DNA of 64,000 nucleotides. Source: Eledone cirrhosa. Lineage: Eukaryota. The translations under genes and the position numbers were made by a program. Under the pieces are notes generated by a model. That model did not search any database, was not told the origin of the DNA, and was given only the letters and a program-made list of their open reading frames with translations. Shown one piece after another: positions 51,710 to 64,000 of the stretch (its first letter is position 1; the number at the start of each line of letters is the position of its first letter). Location: assembly GCA_964016885.1 (NCBI GenBank), contig OZ024743.1, forward strand, positions 285,262,001 through 285,326,000. The letters run 5' to 3'.

Positions 51710-54700
51710 TTAAACTAACTACTATAAAGTATCTAGTGTGGAGAAACTGAGAGGGCTCTATGCAGCGTTCATTAAAGCAAATATCCCAAACTAAGTTTTG
51801 CAAGTTTACCCTAACCCTCAGTGAACTTTTGTGTGACCTTACTGAATAGAGATTGAATACATCATCAGCAGATTGAGATCTTGAATGGTTTAGTGCAGTT
51901 ATTACAATTTGTCTAATGCATAATATTTTCAATAATGATTTACATGCATGAAAATACACTTTTTATTGGAAGTTTGTGACTTTCTCAATGACCTAATGGA
52001 AATTAGCAGTATATACATACAGTATATACATTACAAGATCAGTTTGAAATAGCTTGCTTTCACATCACAGCACCCATCACTTTGTTACATAATTTACTTG
52101 ATTCTTAAAAAACCCCATTGTGTTTAAAAAATTAACAGACAGCTATTATTTTAGTGTAGTTTCAAGTAATGAAAGGTTTAGTCAGGCTTGACAGAATTTA
52201 ACCACTGAACAGAAAAGCTAGTTTGAATTTGTTCTTTTCTTATAAGAACAAAACTCCAGAATTATGGGGATGTAAAACAAGTTGTAACTTTCATATCCTT
52301 TTCAAGGACATTGGAAACATTAAGTGAAGTGGTCTTGGTTTAGATTTGAAGCTTAGTTTCATACTTAGTTTTCCAAGATCATTGCTCTGAATTTATTGCT
52401 ATAAAGAATCAGTTTTGATTCTCTTAAAACTGATGACAAAAATCTCCATCATCTTTTAACGTCCATTTTCCACGCTAGCATGAGTTAGACAGGTTGTCCC
52501 ATTAGAGGCAAATTGGGTCAGGTGACTGTGTCTTGCTCATATAGGACTGTTTCTGGCTAGATTTCTATGGCTGGATGACCTTCCTAATGCCAACCACATT
52601 TACAGTGTGCGCTGGGTGCTTTTTGTTGTGACACCTACACAACCACTTTACAGTGTGGGCTGGGTGCTTTTTGTTGTGACTTCTACATGACCACTTTACA
52701 GTGTGGACTGGATGTTTTTGTGATATCAACTTTATAGTGTAAGGGTTGTGTGGCGGGTGTATGGAAGGGGGTATAGTGGATTAAGAAGTGCCTACTAGGT
52801 GTATGTTTGAGTCTGTGCACAAGGGAATGTGGGTCTTCTGTATATCATAATCAGCTTCTTGGGCCATTGTTGGTTTAAAGTTAGCTGGTGACTGTTATTT
52901 AATTTAGTTGTAGAAATTGAAAAAAGTGAATTTTCATGCCTGTAAATCATCATTGAAAATATAATGCATTAGACAAATTGTAATAACTGCACTAAACCTT
53001 TCAAGATTTCAATCATCATCTTACGTCCGCTTTTCCCTGCTTGTAGTTCTGAGATGTGTTGTTAATATAATTTTCCAGGCTATTAATCACTTCTTTAATA
53101 TGTATGTTTTCATTTATACTGTTTTGATCAGTTTGAACCTTGATTGTCATCAGATATCTTATTACTGGATGTATACATAGTCTCGGACTAGGGATTTTTT
53201 GCATCTAGGAATTTTTACATCTAAATTAAGTGATAACGCTCTTATCCAGTAGATACATGCATAAGATAAGGAACATTATTTTAATATTGGAGATTTTTCA
53301 AATTGTGTTTCATTGAATTTACTGTTTATTAAAACTAATAAAGTTTGGGTGAAAATGTGAAATGAAATTTCAGTTGACATCATGAATTTTGTGTATATTT
53401 CAAGTTAATTCAGTCATAGATGTTTTAAAATATCAAGTGAAACAAAGACACTTAGTGTTTGAAGTTCTTTTGGAAATTTTCTTGGTTACATTCTAAGGGG
53501 GTTGTTCTGCGGCTATGACAAAAAAGCATCCAGTCCACTCTGTAAGGAGATGGTAGTGGTGGTGTCTTGAAAAAAACTCCCAGTTCATGCTATAATGTGG
53601 TAGGTGTTAGGAAGAGCATTCAACTGTAGAAAAACCAATCCTCAAAACAGATCGTATTCGTAAGATGGGATCACCTGACCTGTCTAGCCTCGTGGTGGGA
53701 CTACACGTCTAACCTATGCAAGCTTGGAAAATAGACATTAAATGATGTTGATGATAATGAGATTCAATACCATTTTTTTTCTTTAATTTAAATGTTTTGT
53801 GATTTGAAAATCCTTAATTTAACCAGTTTATGTTTATACTGACCTTTCATTGCAACCACACCTTTTATGTAACTCAGATTCTATTACAAAGATTAGCTTT
53901 CCTTTTCAGTGCCTGAAAATATTTCACCATTTTAACATGTTTTTCCAAGGTACCAGGAATTCCAATAGTGGGATAAGTTTGACAGGCTTCTAGTATGTTG
54001 ATTTTGAATCTTGGATCATCTTGCCTCTAAGGCATAACATTTTCAAATTATACTTCGCAATTTCTTACATTTTCTTTGATTTTCCTCTAATTGAGGTACC
54101 TAATACTATAAGCGCATGGTATCTTTTCACCTGGTTGGTGTTAGTGTCCTCAACTGTCTATATCAGTCCAACTATCTCTCATGCATTCATTAGCTAATTT
54201 TGTTAATGCACAACCACGTTCTGTTTACATTTTACATTCAATGGATTAAATTAATTTCTCTTCAGCCTCCACAGGTACTTCAGATTTCATACATACCCTA
54301 CTCTTGAAGTATGCTTTATATAGCTTGACTTCAGTGTAAAAAAAATTGATGAGAAATATACTCTTCATTAAAATATTTCTCCATATTGGAGTTGATGGAC
54401 CAATCAAAATAAGACTATTTGATAGGTAAACCTTCACTCAGCAACCTTCTCCCAATTACTTATTAGGCTGTCTTGCACAACTACAACTATTTCTACTTCT
54501 TGGAATTTGCAAACAGTCTATATCCACTTCAAGAACACACTTGTTGCATCCCTCTTCTCTTTACATCATTTTGTCAGTATTTCACTATCCTAAACCTATA
54601 CTTAACACTACCCAATCTTTCTTCCCCAGAAATACATTTTTCTGCAGCTCTGTCTTACCATGTCCACCCCTTCACTTACAAGAGTTTAAATGGGACAGCC

Positions 54701-55699
54701 ATATTATCTACATTAGATAGTGAGAAACTCATGGAAGAGATGGACAGCAGAAAGTCTAGAGAGAAGCCACCCCTTCCCCTTATGCAAGTGTTTTGGCTCT
54801 TAAAGTTTTACACTCTAAGCAGAGTAGGGCCCACATACAGGTCATGACTCCTGGGTGCCATTCTGTTAATGTTTATTAACCACTTGGATATCAGTAATTT
54901 GTTATGTGATGGACACTTAAGCTGTATGTGGCTTATTTTCCTCCTATTCCAGATCTAGCTGGCACTTGTCTCTGTTGCCTCTGCTAATGCTTTAGACAGG
55001 CATAATTCTCATAAACCTATACTTAATACCCAATCCTTCTTCCCCAGAAATAGATTTTCTTTTTATATGCCCACCTCCACCTAGAAGAGTTCAAATTGGA
55101 CATTAGCCATATTATCTACATTAAAATTGAAGAGCTAAGACATCATTTTTTTACTTGTCATAAATTATCTTATGGCTTAAATGTTTTTAAGTTATTCTTA
55201 TTTGTTAGTGTAAGAGGATCTGAAAAAGCTATGTGCATTGCTTCTTGAGCAATAACAAAAACTTATATCTGTATAGCCATTCTTTTTTTATAAATCACAT
55301 GAGCAGAAAATTTTAACCTAGTTATTTGAAACTTTACAAGTGATATTTCTTTTCTTTTTCATGTGCTTTAAAGATCTAAATCAGTTTCTCTGTCCTATTA
55401 ATTACATGTCAATATAAACCATCTAGAGTTACGGTGAAGCATGAAACTCTTTTGTCAATTGTTAAGAGATGGAAAATGAAGTGGTATAATTTTGATTTGC
55501 TACACCATGACCTTTCAGTGAATATGATAATGTATTAAGCCTCCTTACCATAAAAGAGTTATAGGAAGACCATGAAGGAGGGGGCTGAGTAAAACCAAAG
55601 AATGGACAAGAAGGAAAATGTTGGACAACATTCTGTGCACTTATGGCCTCCCTTGCCTATAAATAGATTTTGATTGAGAGTTATTGAATATCATTTATT

Positions 55700-56290
55700 C
55701 TACACCCTTCTTGTTTTCCTTTTTTATTTTTTAATATTTTGATCTGGAAAAAGGGGTTGTCTATCTACTTTGTAGAGCTACCAAGACCAGTGAGAGTGCA
55801 GTTGATGTTCAAGAACTGCACGTTGAAGGATGAGTATCTGGTGAAGAAAGACTGGAGAGGGGGAAGTGATTAGTACAGTGTGTGCACAATGAGTGACAAG
55901 AGGGGAGATGAATAGACCTGAATTAAGGCAGCATGAAATTAGCCAACTCTAAGGAGCAGAGTTAAAGTAGAAGAGTGTCTGTGGTCCTGTGGGTGAAGTA
56001 TTGTGGAGCGACTTCATGCTAATCAGTCAGATGGCCTTTGTAATACAGTCACATATGTGTAACAGCTGCATCATCCCAGATGTGGGAGCAGTACTCCATT
56101 ATGGATTTGAAATATTTTCTGGCCCTGAAGAGGGCAACCAGTTTTTGCAATGTTGAGGATGTGAGATTATCAGTGTTGGCAAGTCTAAGCATTTGTAGTG
56201 ACCTGGAGGCTTCTAGTTGCATGTTTACGTGTACAGTATTGTTTCTTATGTGTAGGAATGATACTACTGTGCTTTTAACAATGTCAAATG
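55700..56290 (-). mobile_element. Highly decayed LINE RT 3' end (CR1/Jockey group)
   Basis: Minus strand reads PIMEYCSHIWD and QSFFTR. Related remnants at ~14350-14750 (+), ~25960-26200 and ~59640-59850. Confidence 0.55.
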
Positions 56291-56498
56291 GAGTAATTTA
56301 GAAATGTTAAAAGCTGGAAATGTAGTTTAGGTTAAAAAGAATTATTTTCTTGTATTTATGCTTTATAAGAAGTTTCTTTTTAAAACATTATTGGAATGTA
56401 AGGGATTAAAATATTCTTAGTTACATAAAGGTTCTAATAGAATAGATATGATAGAGCTTCCTCAATCTGATGCTGCTACCATTATTATTTAATATAAG

Positions 56499-56684
56499 CG
56501 CGGTGGATTGGCAGTATCGGTAGAGGGTCGGATGCCATGCTTTGACGCATAGAGTTACGGCCCTTGCCATTCTGATTTCAAATCCCGCCGAGGTTAACTT
56601 TGCCTTTCATCCTTACGGGGTCGATAAAATAAAGTACCAGTAATGTACTGGGTAATTGCTGGCCTTGTGCCAAAAGTAGAAACA
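56499..56684 (+). mobile_element. tRNA-derived SINE (Meta/MESC-like core), full length
   Basis: Pol III A/B-like head (TGGCAGTATCGG; TTCAAATCC); core CTTTGCCTTTCATCCTTACGGGGTCGATAAAATAAAGTACCAG; 18-bp TSD ATTATTATTTAATATAAG. Confidence 0.85.
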
Positions 56685-57554
56685 ATTATTATTTAATATA
56701 AGAAACCATTATTTAGGAAAGAATAAATACATTTGTATGGGCATAGTTTTATGTGGCAAAACGGCTAAGTGCTTAATATAGTTTTGAGTAAGTGTGTAGT
56801 AATTTTTTTTTTTTACATGTGTTTTCTCATGCTGGCATGGGTTAGACGGATTTTATAGCATCTTGCCACTTGTTGCAGCCCTTTGTTAGTAGGCACACAG
56901 TTACTGATAAAACTGGCCAACTCTGCTATTGTCAGTTATGTTTTAGTATGTAGTATTTAGTATATTAATGTAAACATTTTATATTGGAATAGATATGATT
57001 TTCTTTATTATGGGTTGAGAAAGAGTGAGTGTGTGTAGAATTTTGCTTGTGTAGGTGATAGTGTATTGTAATGATAAATGTATATGGAAGGTTGCAAGTG
57101 AACTCCACTATTATGGGTTCCATTGTCAAAATGCAAATGTTAACTCCAAAGCATTAGTATAGTGAAATGTTTTTTTTTTTTTGTTTTTTTTTAATTCATG
57201 GTAGTAATTATATCTAAATGGAAGTAAAAAGTCTGCCAGTCTAATCAATGTTTTTGATGAACTCAATAACTTAAAATATTTGACAGAAGAGAATTTTGAA
57301 TGAATAAGAGTTAGACAAGACCGATGGCACTTCCAAGTAGTATTAAAATGTTTAGTAGTTATAACTTAAAATGAAAATATAACATCACTATATATAAAAC
57401 TACAAAGTTACAGAACAACACAGGTTTAAGGTTTCAGAATATGTGTATATATGTGTCCTTGTATATAACATGTTTGTTTACAAAAATATACATACTGGTA
57501 ATGATCAGAATAAATAATTAGGATTGTGTGTGTAATGAATGTATTTTCAACATA

Positions 57555-57758
57555 CGAGAGTTGGCTGAAAAGTTCATAGGCTGTCTATGAAGGATTGATG
57601 CTAGGGCTGTGAAATCTTGCATGCATTAATTTCAACTCTTATTAATAACTGCATTGTTTCTTTCCAGGGACTATGTTGAAAAAATAAACCTCATTTGGTC
57701 ATTCTATAAACTTTAGAGAGTATCTTGGTCAGTCTATGAACTTTTCAGCCTACTCTTG
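57555..57758. mobile_element. Mariner-type MITE, same family, opposite orientation
   Basis: TA TSD and TIRs as above. Confidence 0.8.
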
Positions 57759-58181
57759 TAAATGTAAAAATAATCTGATGTCACAACTCGGATCATCATC
57801 ATCATCGTTTAACGTCCATCTTCCATGCTAGCATGGGTTGGACTAACAATCAATAATCAAATAAGCATGAGTTTATTTACATTTGTTTAAGAGCACAACA
57901 GTATAAACAATATCTATCAGGTGGCAGAAAAACTGTTGCCTAAACCATAAAAAGTCTAATAATTCCAGAGTTACAAATAGCAATTTAAAGGTAGAATAAA
58001 TGTACAAGAATAACAATGGAAATATTTTTAGAGATGACTTTCATTTCATAAATATCTGTGATAACTTGTGTTTAATATGAAGAGAGACTGCTGTTCTGAC
58101 ATAGTATTGGTATTTGCAGTGGCTAAGTTGGTTTGTTGGAAATATACTGGTTGTAGCATACAACTTTACTGTTTTTATATA

Positions 58182-58590
58182 CAGGGTGTATCAAAAAGAA
58201 TCATCTGATTTTATTTACAATTTTTATGCTCAACATGAAAATAACTTAATAAAAAATTATAAAAGTTGTGAAAAAAGAATAAGACTTTATATTTAAACAT
58301 GTTTTGTACAAGTTACTGCATGATTATATAGTCATTTGTTTAACCCTTTAGCATTTAAACCAGCCTTACCTGACCAGAATTCTTTCACCTCATTCTGTTT
58401 AAACTGGTCATAACTGATCACTCATACTGATGTTAAGGTATTGTTCTCAAAATAAATACCAAAATCTCAGGTTCGATATTATGTGAGATAGAGCCTTTAC
58501 CACAAAAATACGATAGTATATATAGAGTAATGTAAATGATAAAGGGTTAAAAAATAGAGCCTTTTGAAATATAGTTTTTGATACACCCTG
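58182..58590. mobile_element. Tc1-type MITE containing a nested piggyBac MITE (58344-58546)
   Basis: TA TSD; perfect 16-bp TIR CAGGGTGTATCAAAAA; internal TTAA|CCCTTTA ... TAAAGGG|TTAA. Confidence 0.82.
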
Positions 58591-59125
58591 TATATTGTTT
58601 TGGCACCTAAACATTGATTGGTCCAATGTTGTTAAAGCACACCTGATCTATTACAAATAGTTTAGGGAGATAACAGAACCAGTGTAAAAATATTATGAAT
58701 TGAAAGATTATAGAGTTTGATGCCTGGGAAAATAACTAAGTAGATAATGTACCATCCTTGGTACTTTTCTCTTGTCTACAACTTCAGTTGAATGGCTGAT
58801 AACAATCTTTCCATCTCATTGTTCATCTTGCTATGAAGTCTCTCCAACCAGATAGAACATGCCACAACAATTCATGTAAATATTTAAATTTGTAACAGTT
58901 TATATTATTTTCTGAAAGTTTTGTTTTCATGTTAACTGATGCATTGGAGCAGAGTTGGCTCCCCTTAGGTGTTAGCCCTACAAGGTGGAGTAGCTGTTCC
59001 AGCACGTCTCCCTCACTGTCCTCTGGGACAATGTCTTCTCCACCCTGTTGGCCAGGACCACAAGGCAGACAATATTAGGGCAGAAGTAGGGTGGTAGTCT
59101 TCAGACAAAAGGGTTAATAATGCTG

Positions 59126-59260
<135 letters not shown>

Positions 59261-59271
59261 CTCACACCCAT

Positions 59272-59556
59272 ATTAATAATTGTTTCTACTTTTGGCACAA
59301 GGCCAGCAATTACCCAGTGTATTGCTGGTACTTTATTTTATCGACCCCGTAAGGATGAAAGGCATATTAATAATTGTTTCTACTTTGGCACAAGGCCAGC
59401 AATTATCCCAGTGTATTACTAGTACTTTATTTTATCAACTCCGTAAGGATGAAAGGCAAAGTTAACCTCGGCGAGATTGGAACTCAGAATGGCAAGGGCC
59501 GTAACTCTATGCGTCAAAGCATGGCGTCCGACCCTCTACCAATACTGCCAATCCAG
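59272..59556 (-). mobile_element. Same SINE family with a tandem duplication of its 3' ~90 bp
   Basis: 59272-59363 is repeated at 59365-59455. Confidence 0.85.
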
Positions 59557-60381
59557 AATAATGATAATACAGATGACAATAATGTGTTGTAAAAAAATAA
59601 GTAATTGGTACAGTTCTTGAGTGTTAGACTTAGTATCCAACCTAGTTTAACTCCACTATCTGCTTCTTCAGTGGAATATACTCTGTTGAAAGGATTCAGA
59701 CCATGCCGTTAGTCTGACAAGAACCAAGATATTGGTTATACTCAGTTTATTCTTTCCTTTCCTCTCATTTGTCTTGACAATTCTGTAAGATGGTCATGGC
59801 CAGGCACTGTTTATCCTCCTCTGAATAAGCCATAAAATATTAGATAGTTCTCCAGTTTCAGGTCTCTGCATTGTTGGTTGTTCATATATGAATGTTTGAG
59901 CAGAAATATTAATAATGGTAGTTGCAGTTTGTATTCACTCTGCTGATGTTCTTAGGGAAATTAGAACTTTAAAAATATCTTTTACATTAGTTATTTGTTA
60001 TTTTAAGGATTTCATTTTTGTTTTCCTTAATTCAGTGATAAGAATAACTGTAAGGTTAATAATCTGTTTGCATTGTTGAAAATTAGTCAACCATTTATAG
60101 CCTATTCAAATCAAACAATAACATTTTTGATGTCAACCAACCTGAAACCACCCTGGGTTTATAATACAAAACTGCACATTTTATATTACTTGGAGAGGAA
60201 TGGGCTCCTCCAGCCTTAAAATACCCCCAAAATACAGTATGCCACTATGGTGCCCCTATGACTCCATCAGGAGTCATGGGACCATACCATCCTTATATTA
60301 AAACCTTCCATCATGATTTCATTGTTATTATTGAATTCCTTGAAATTTTTGGTTATTTTCAAAATTGCAAAAAAACACAGG

Positions 60382-60384
<3 letters not shown>

Positions 60385-60440
<56 letters not shown>
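60385..60440. repeat. (TA)n microsatellite at the RTE 5' junction
   Basis: Pure TA run. Confidence 0.97.
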
Positions 60441-60443
<3 letters not shown>

Positions 60444-63400
60444 GGATCTTATCTTAAACCTTACATTCTCGCTAACTACCCAACATCCCCCCCTCCCGCC
60501 CCCACGCACCACCATTATTACGTGGACCAATCATAAGTCAGAGGCCCATACTATCGCTTAACTGGTTGCTTTTCGATATGATGGATGGACTACGAAATTC
60601 TGGAGAGTTGAAGAGAGAAAAATCTGGATGCTCAGCGACAATGCCAAAGATAAAGACAAATTCACCTCGTGGACGAGAATGCAAGCACTCCTCCTTGTTT
60701 CGGCCGAGGATGGCTAACATAACCCCCCCCCCCCCCCCGCGCCCCACCGCTCCCACCCTCCAAACGCAATCCAAAACTTCAGAGTTGGTACCATGAATGT
60801 AGGCACCTTAAAGGGTCGCTCTAACGAGGTTGTAGAAATGCTTGAACGTAAGGAGGTCGATGTTTGTTGTATTCAAGAGACCAGGTGGAGGGGAGGGTCT
60901 GCTAGATTCATCGTGGGTAAAGAACGATGCGATAAGCTTTTCTGGGTGGGAAATGACAATGGGCTGGGTGGAGTAGGAATCATGGTAGCAGAAAAGTGGG
61001 CAGATAAGATAATAGACGTAAATAGAGTGAACGACAGAATAATTAAAATAAGACTTGTCCTCAATAAAACTACGGTGACAGTAATATCTGCGTACGCACC
61101 CCAATCCGGACTGCCCGGCGCTATAAAAGACAGATTCTATGAGACACTGATGCTCGCTACCTCCCAAATAACCGACAGTGACTATATAATTATTGCAGGC
61201 GACCTAAATGGTCACGTTGGACAACATTGTGACGGCTATGACGGAATCCATGGAGGCTATGGGTTCGGTACTAGAAATGAGGAAGGCTCCAGAATCCTGG
61301 AATTCTGTGACACAAATAACCTAACTATCTGTAACACTAACTTCAAAAAACGAGACAATCACTTGATCACCTATAGATCGGGGGAACACACAAGCCAGGT
61401 AGATTATATCCTTACCAGAAGACGTGACAGAGTGACTGTTGTTAACACTAAATCCCTCCCCCATGAAGAATGCACCTCCCAACATAGACTGATAATTAGC
61501 GACCTCATAGTCAGGACGAGACGTACTAGACAGCGGAAGAGGACTATTCTCAGGAGAAAAATATGGAAGCTAAAGGACCCCATAGCCAGAAATAAATTTC
61601 AAAGCATATTACTTGATGCTTTCGACAGTAAGGAAGAGCAATTAGAGTCGTATAATATAGAGGAACAGTGAGAATTCCTGAAAGCAAACCTGCTGACGGC
61701 GGCAGACGAAGTCTGTGGCTGGAGCAGGCCTGTAGGTAGGAGGAGAGTAACATGGTGGTGGAACAGTAAGGTGGAGGAGTCAATTAAGGCCAAAAAGCAG
61801 GCTTGGAAAGTATGGCGGGATGGGGGAAGTAGAGAAGACTATCAAGTGGCCAGGAGGGAAGCTAGGAGACAAGTGTACTTCGCAAGAAGGGAAGCAGAGG
61901 AAAGAAAGTTCAAGCATGTTCTACAACGTGAGGACCAAAAACGTGAGGTGTTCAGGATTGCTAGGCAATGTGTCAAGGAAAACCGTGATATTATTGGGGA
62001 GAAGTGTGTACTTAATGATGATGGCATACTTGCCATCACTGACGCTGATAAGAAGGTAGCTTGGAAGTGTCACTACGAAAGGCTTCTAAATGAGGAGAAC
62101 AAAAGGGAGAAAGACAGTCTCCCCCACATCGACCCAATAGAGGGACCAGCAGTGTTAGTCGAAGGTAGTATAATAAGGCAATCAAAGATATGAAGACAGG
62201 TAAGGCAGCTGGGCCTTCGGAAATAGTTGCTGAGATGCTGAAAGCCTCTGGAACGGTGGGACACACCATGGTCACCCGGATAGTAAACCAAGTCATACAG
62301 AATGGGGTGGTTCCGAAGGACTGGCATAGCAGCATCATCATTAACTGTTACAAGGGTAAAGGAGATGCCCTAGATAGGTGTAACTATAGAGGCATTAAAT
62401 TAATCGACCAGGTCATGAAGGTCACGGAAAAAGTAATAGTACAACTAATCAGAGAGAGAATTGATCTAGATGAAATGCAGTTTGGGTTTGTGTCAGGCAA
62501 AAGTACCACAGACGCTCTTTTCATTGTACGACAACTACAGGAGAAGTACCTAGCTAAAAGTAAACCCCTATACTTAGCTTTTGTTGACTTGGAGAAAGCC
62601 TTCGACAGAGTCCCCCGTTCCATTATCTGGTGGGCTCTTAGAAAACTAGGTGTTGACGAATGGCTTGTGAGAGCTATACAAGCCATGTATAAAGAAACAG
62701 TCAGCAAGGTTAGAATTAACAACGAATAAAGTTCTAGTTTGTCGGAAAGAAAATAAGGCGGCAGTCCCATCTGGGAAATGGCCATGCTCAGTGTTTAGGA
62801 AAGGCGTAGGTAGAAACTCCATTTTATGTCCCAAATGCAAAGTATGGGCGCATAAAAGATGTAGTGGGATCACAGGTAAGCTAACTAAGAACATAGATTT
62901 TACATGTGGCCGGTGCTCTGGTGCAATAAGTAGCAGCAAGTGCCCACAAAATACTAGCTCTTTCAATTGCGCAGAGGGTTCTATAGAAATAGTGGACAGC
63001 TTCCGTTACCTGGGTGACAAAATCAGCAGTGAAGGAGGGTGCTCTGAAAGTACAGTAGCTAGAGTCAGAACTGGATGGAAAAAGTTCAGAGAGCTTATAC
63101 CACTATTAGCCGCTAGAGGGTTCTCCCTAAAAATGAAAGGCAGGTTATACGGTGCCTGCATACGAACAGCAATGCTGCATGGCAGTGAGACCTGGGCATT
63201 GTGTGCAGAGGATATACGCAGACTAGAGAGGAACGAAGCTTGCATGCTCCGCTGGATGTGCAATAGTAATATACGTGAACGGCTAAGCATAAACGAACTA
63301 AGGAAAAAATTAGAAATAAGAGGGATCAGATGTTGTTTACTCGAGAGAAGGCTACGTTGGTACGGTCACGTGATGCGCATGAAAGACGACAGCTGTATAA

Positions 63401-64000
63401 CAAAGTGCAGGGCAATAAAGATAGACGGTAGCCACGGAGTAGGCAGACCCAGAAAAACCTGGGGGACGACATGATAAATTCCGACCTCACACGCTTACAC
63501 CTCTCCAAGACAATGTCACTGGACCGAGACCTTTGGCGGTACTCAGTAATAGAGAAGACCCGCCTTACCTAAATACAAAGTAAAAACCTACTACAGTCAG
63601 TAGGCATCTCTATCAAAACACACCCCCGTCCCACCACCCCCACCCCATCCACACCGCCCCTTTCAATGTAAAGTTATGTTGGTGCCACAACATCCAGGCC
63701 GAAACAAATGAGATCGTGTAGGTGTCACAACAAAAAAACACACAGCCCACGCTGTAAATGTGGCCGTGTAGGCAACCCGGTAAAAACCTCCCAGCCCCAC
63801 ACTGTAAATGTGGTTGGTGTTAGGAAGGGCATCCAGCTGTAGAAAACCCGCCAGACAGTCCATGCTGTAATGTGGCCGTGTAGGCAACACGGTAAAAATC
63901 TCCCAGCCCCACACTGTAAATGTGGTTGGTGTTAGGAAGGGCATCCAGCTGTAGAAAACCCGCCAGACAGTCCTATGCGAGCAAGACAACCACTCTTGCC
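60441..64000 (+). mobile_element. Near-full-length but defective RTE-clade LINE (APE endonuclease + RT), 3' end running out of the window
   Basis: APE motifs NVGTL, CIQETRW, SAYAPQ, GDLNGHVG, QVDYIL, SQHRL; RT motifs KGKGD...NYRGIKL, QFGF, FVDLEKAFDRVPR; RTE C-terminus RRLRWYGHVMR...GRPRKTW. Has a stop at 61669, a frameshift near 62180 and an internal deletion at ~62726. 5' boundary approximate. Confidence 0.93.

Noticed and set aside
54680-54720. FKWD peptide as an AMPK beta CBM exon
   Set aside because: No PTV or GGG context, a stop follows soon after, no splice sites, and it lies in a duplicated LINE-like relic.

Overview
AT-rich, repeat-dense animal genomic DNA. The SINE, LINE and microsatellite repertoire suggests an octopus or other coleoid mollusc (inference). 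The window holds one complete 8-exon gene, mitochondrial short-chain enoyl-CoA hydratase ECHS1 (+ strand, CDS 8837-35058, 900 nt, 299 aa, all introns GT-AG and in phase). It also holds the probable first coding exon of an AMPK beta subunit gene (46063-46182, MGNTTS...). The rest is mobile DNA: two non-autonomous or defective LTR elements, two decayed CRE-type RLE retroelements, CR1-like and RTE LINE copies, tRNA-derived SINEs, Tc1/mariner, pogo, piggyBac and hAT-type MITEs, and Helitron-like elements. Most notable observations: (1) near-identical inverted CR1 copies bracket the catalytic exon 4 of ECHS1; (2) a TAR-like hairpin at the predicted start site of a Gypsy LTR has its 4-nt loop flipped between the two LTRs, and the same stem recurs in an unrelated LTR element; (3) that second element has asymmetric LTRs; (4) inverted duplications sit at truncated retroposon junctions. 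No prokaryote-type system (CRISPR, operon) is present. Family calls are from motif recognition, not database searches.
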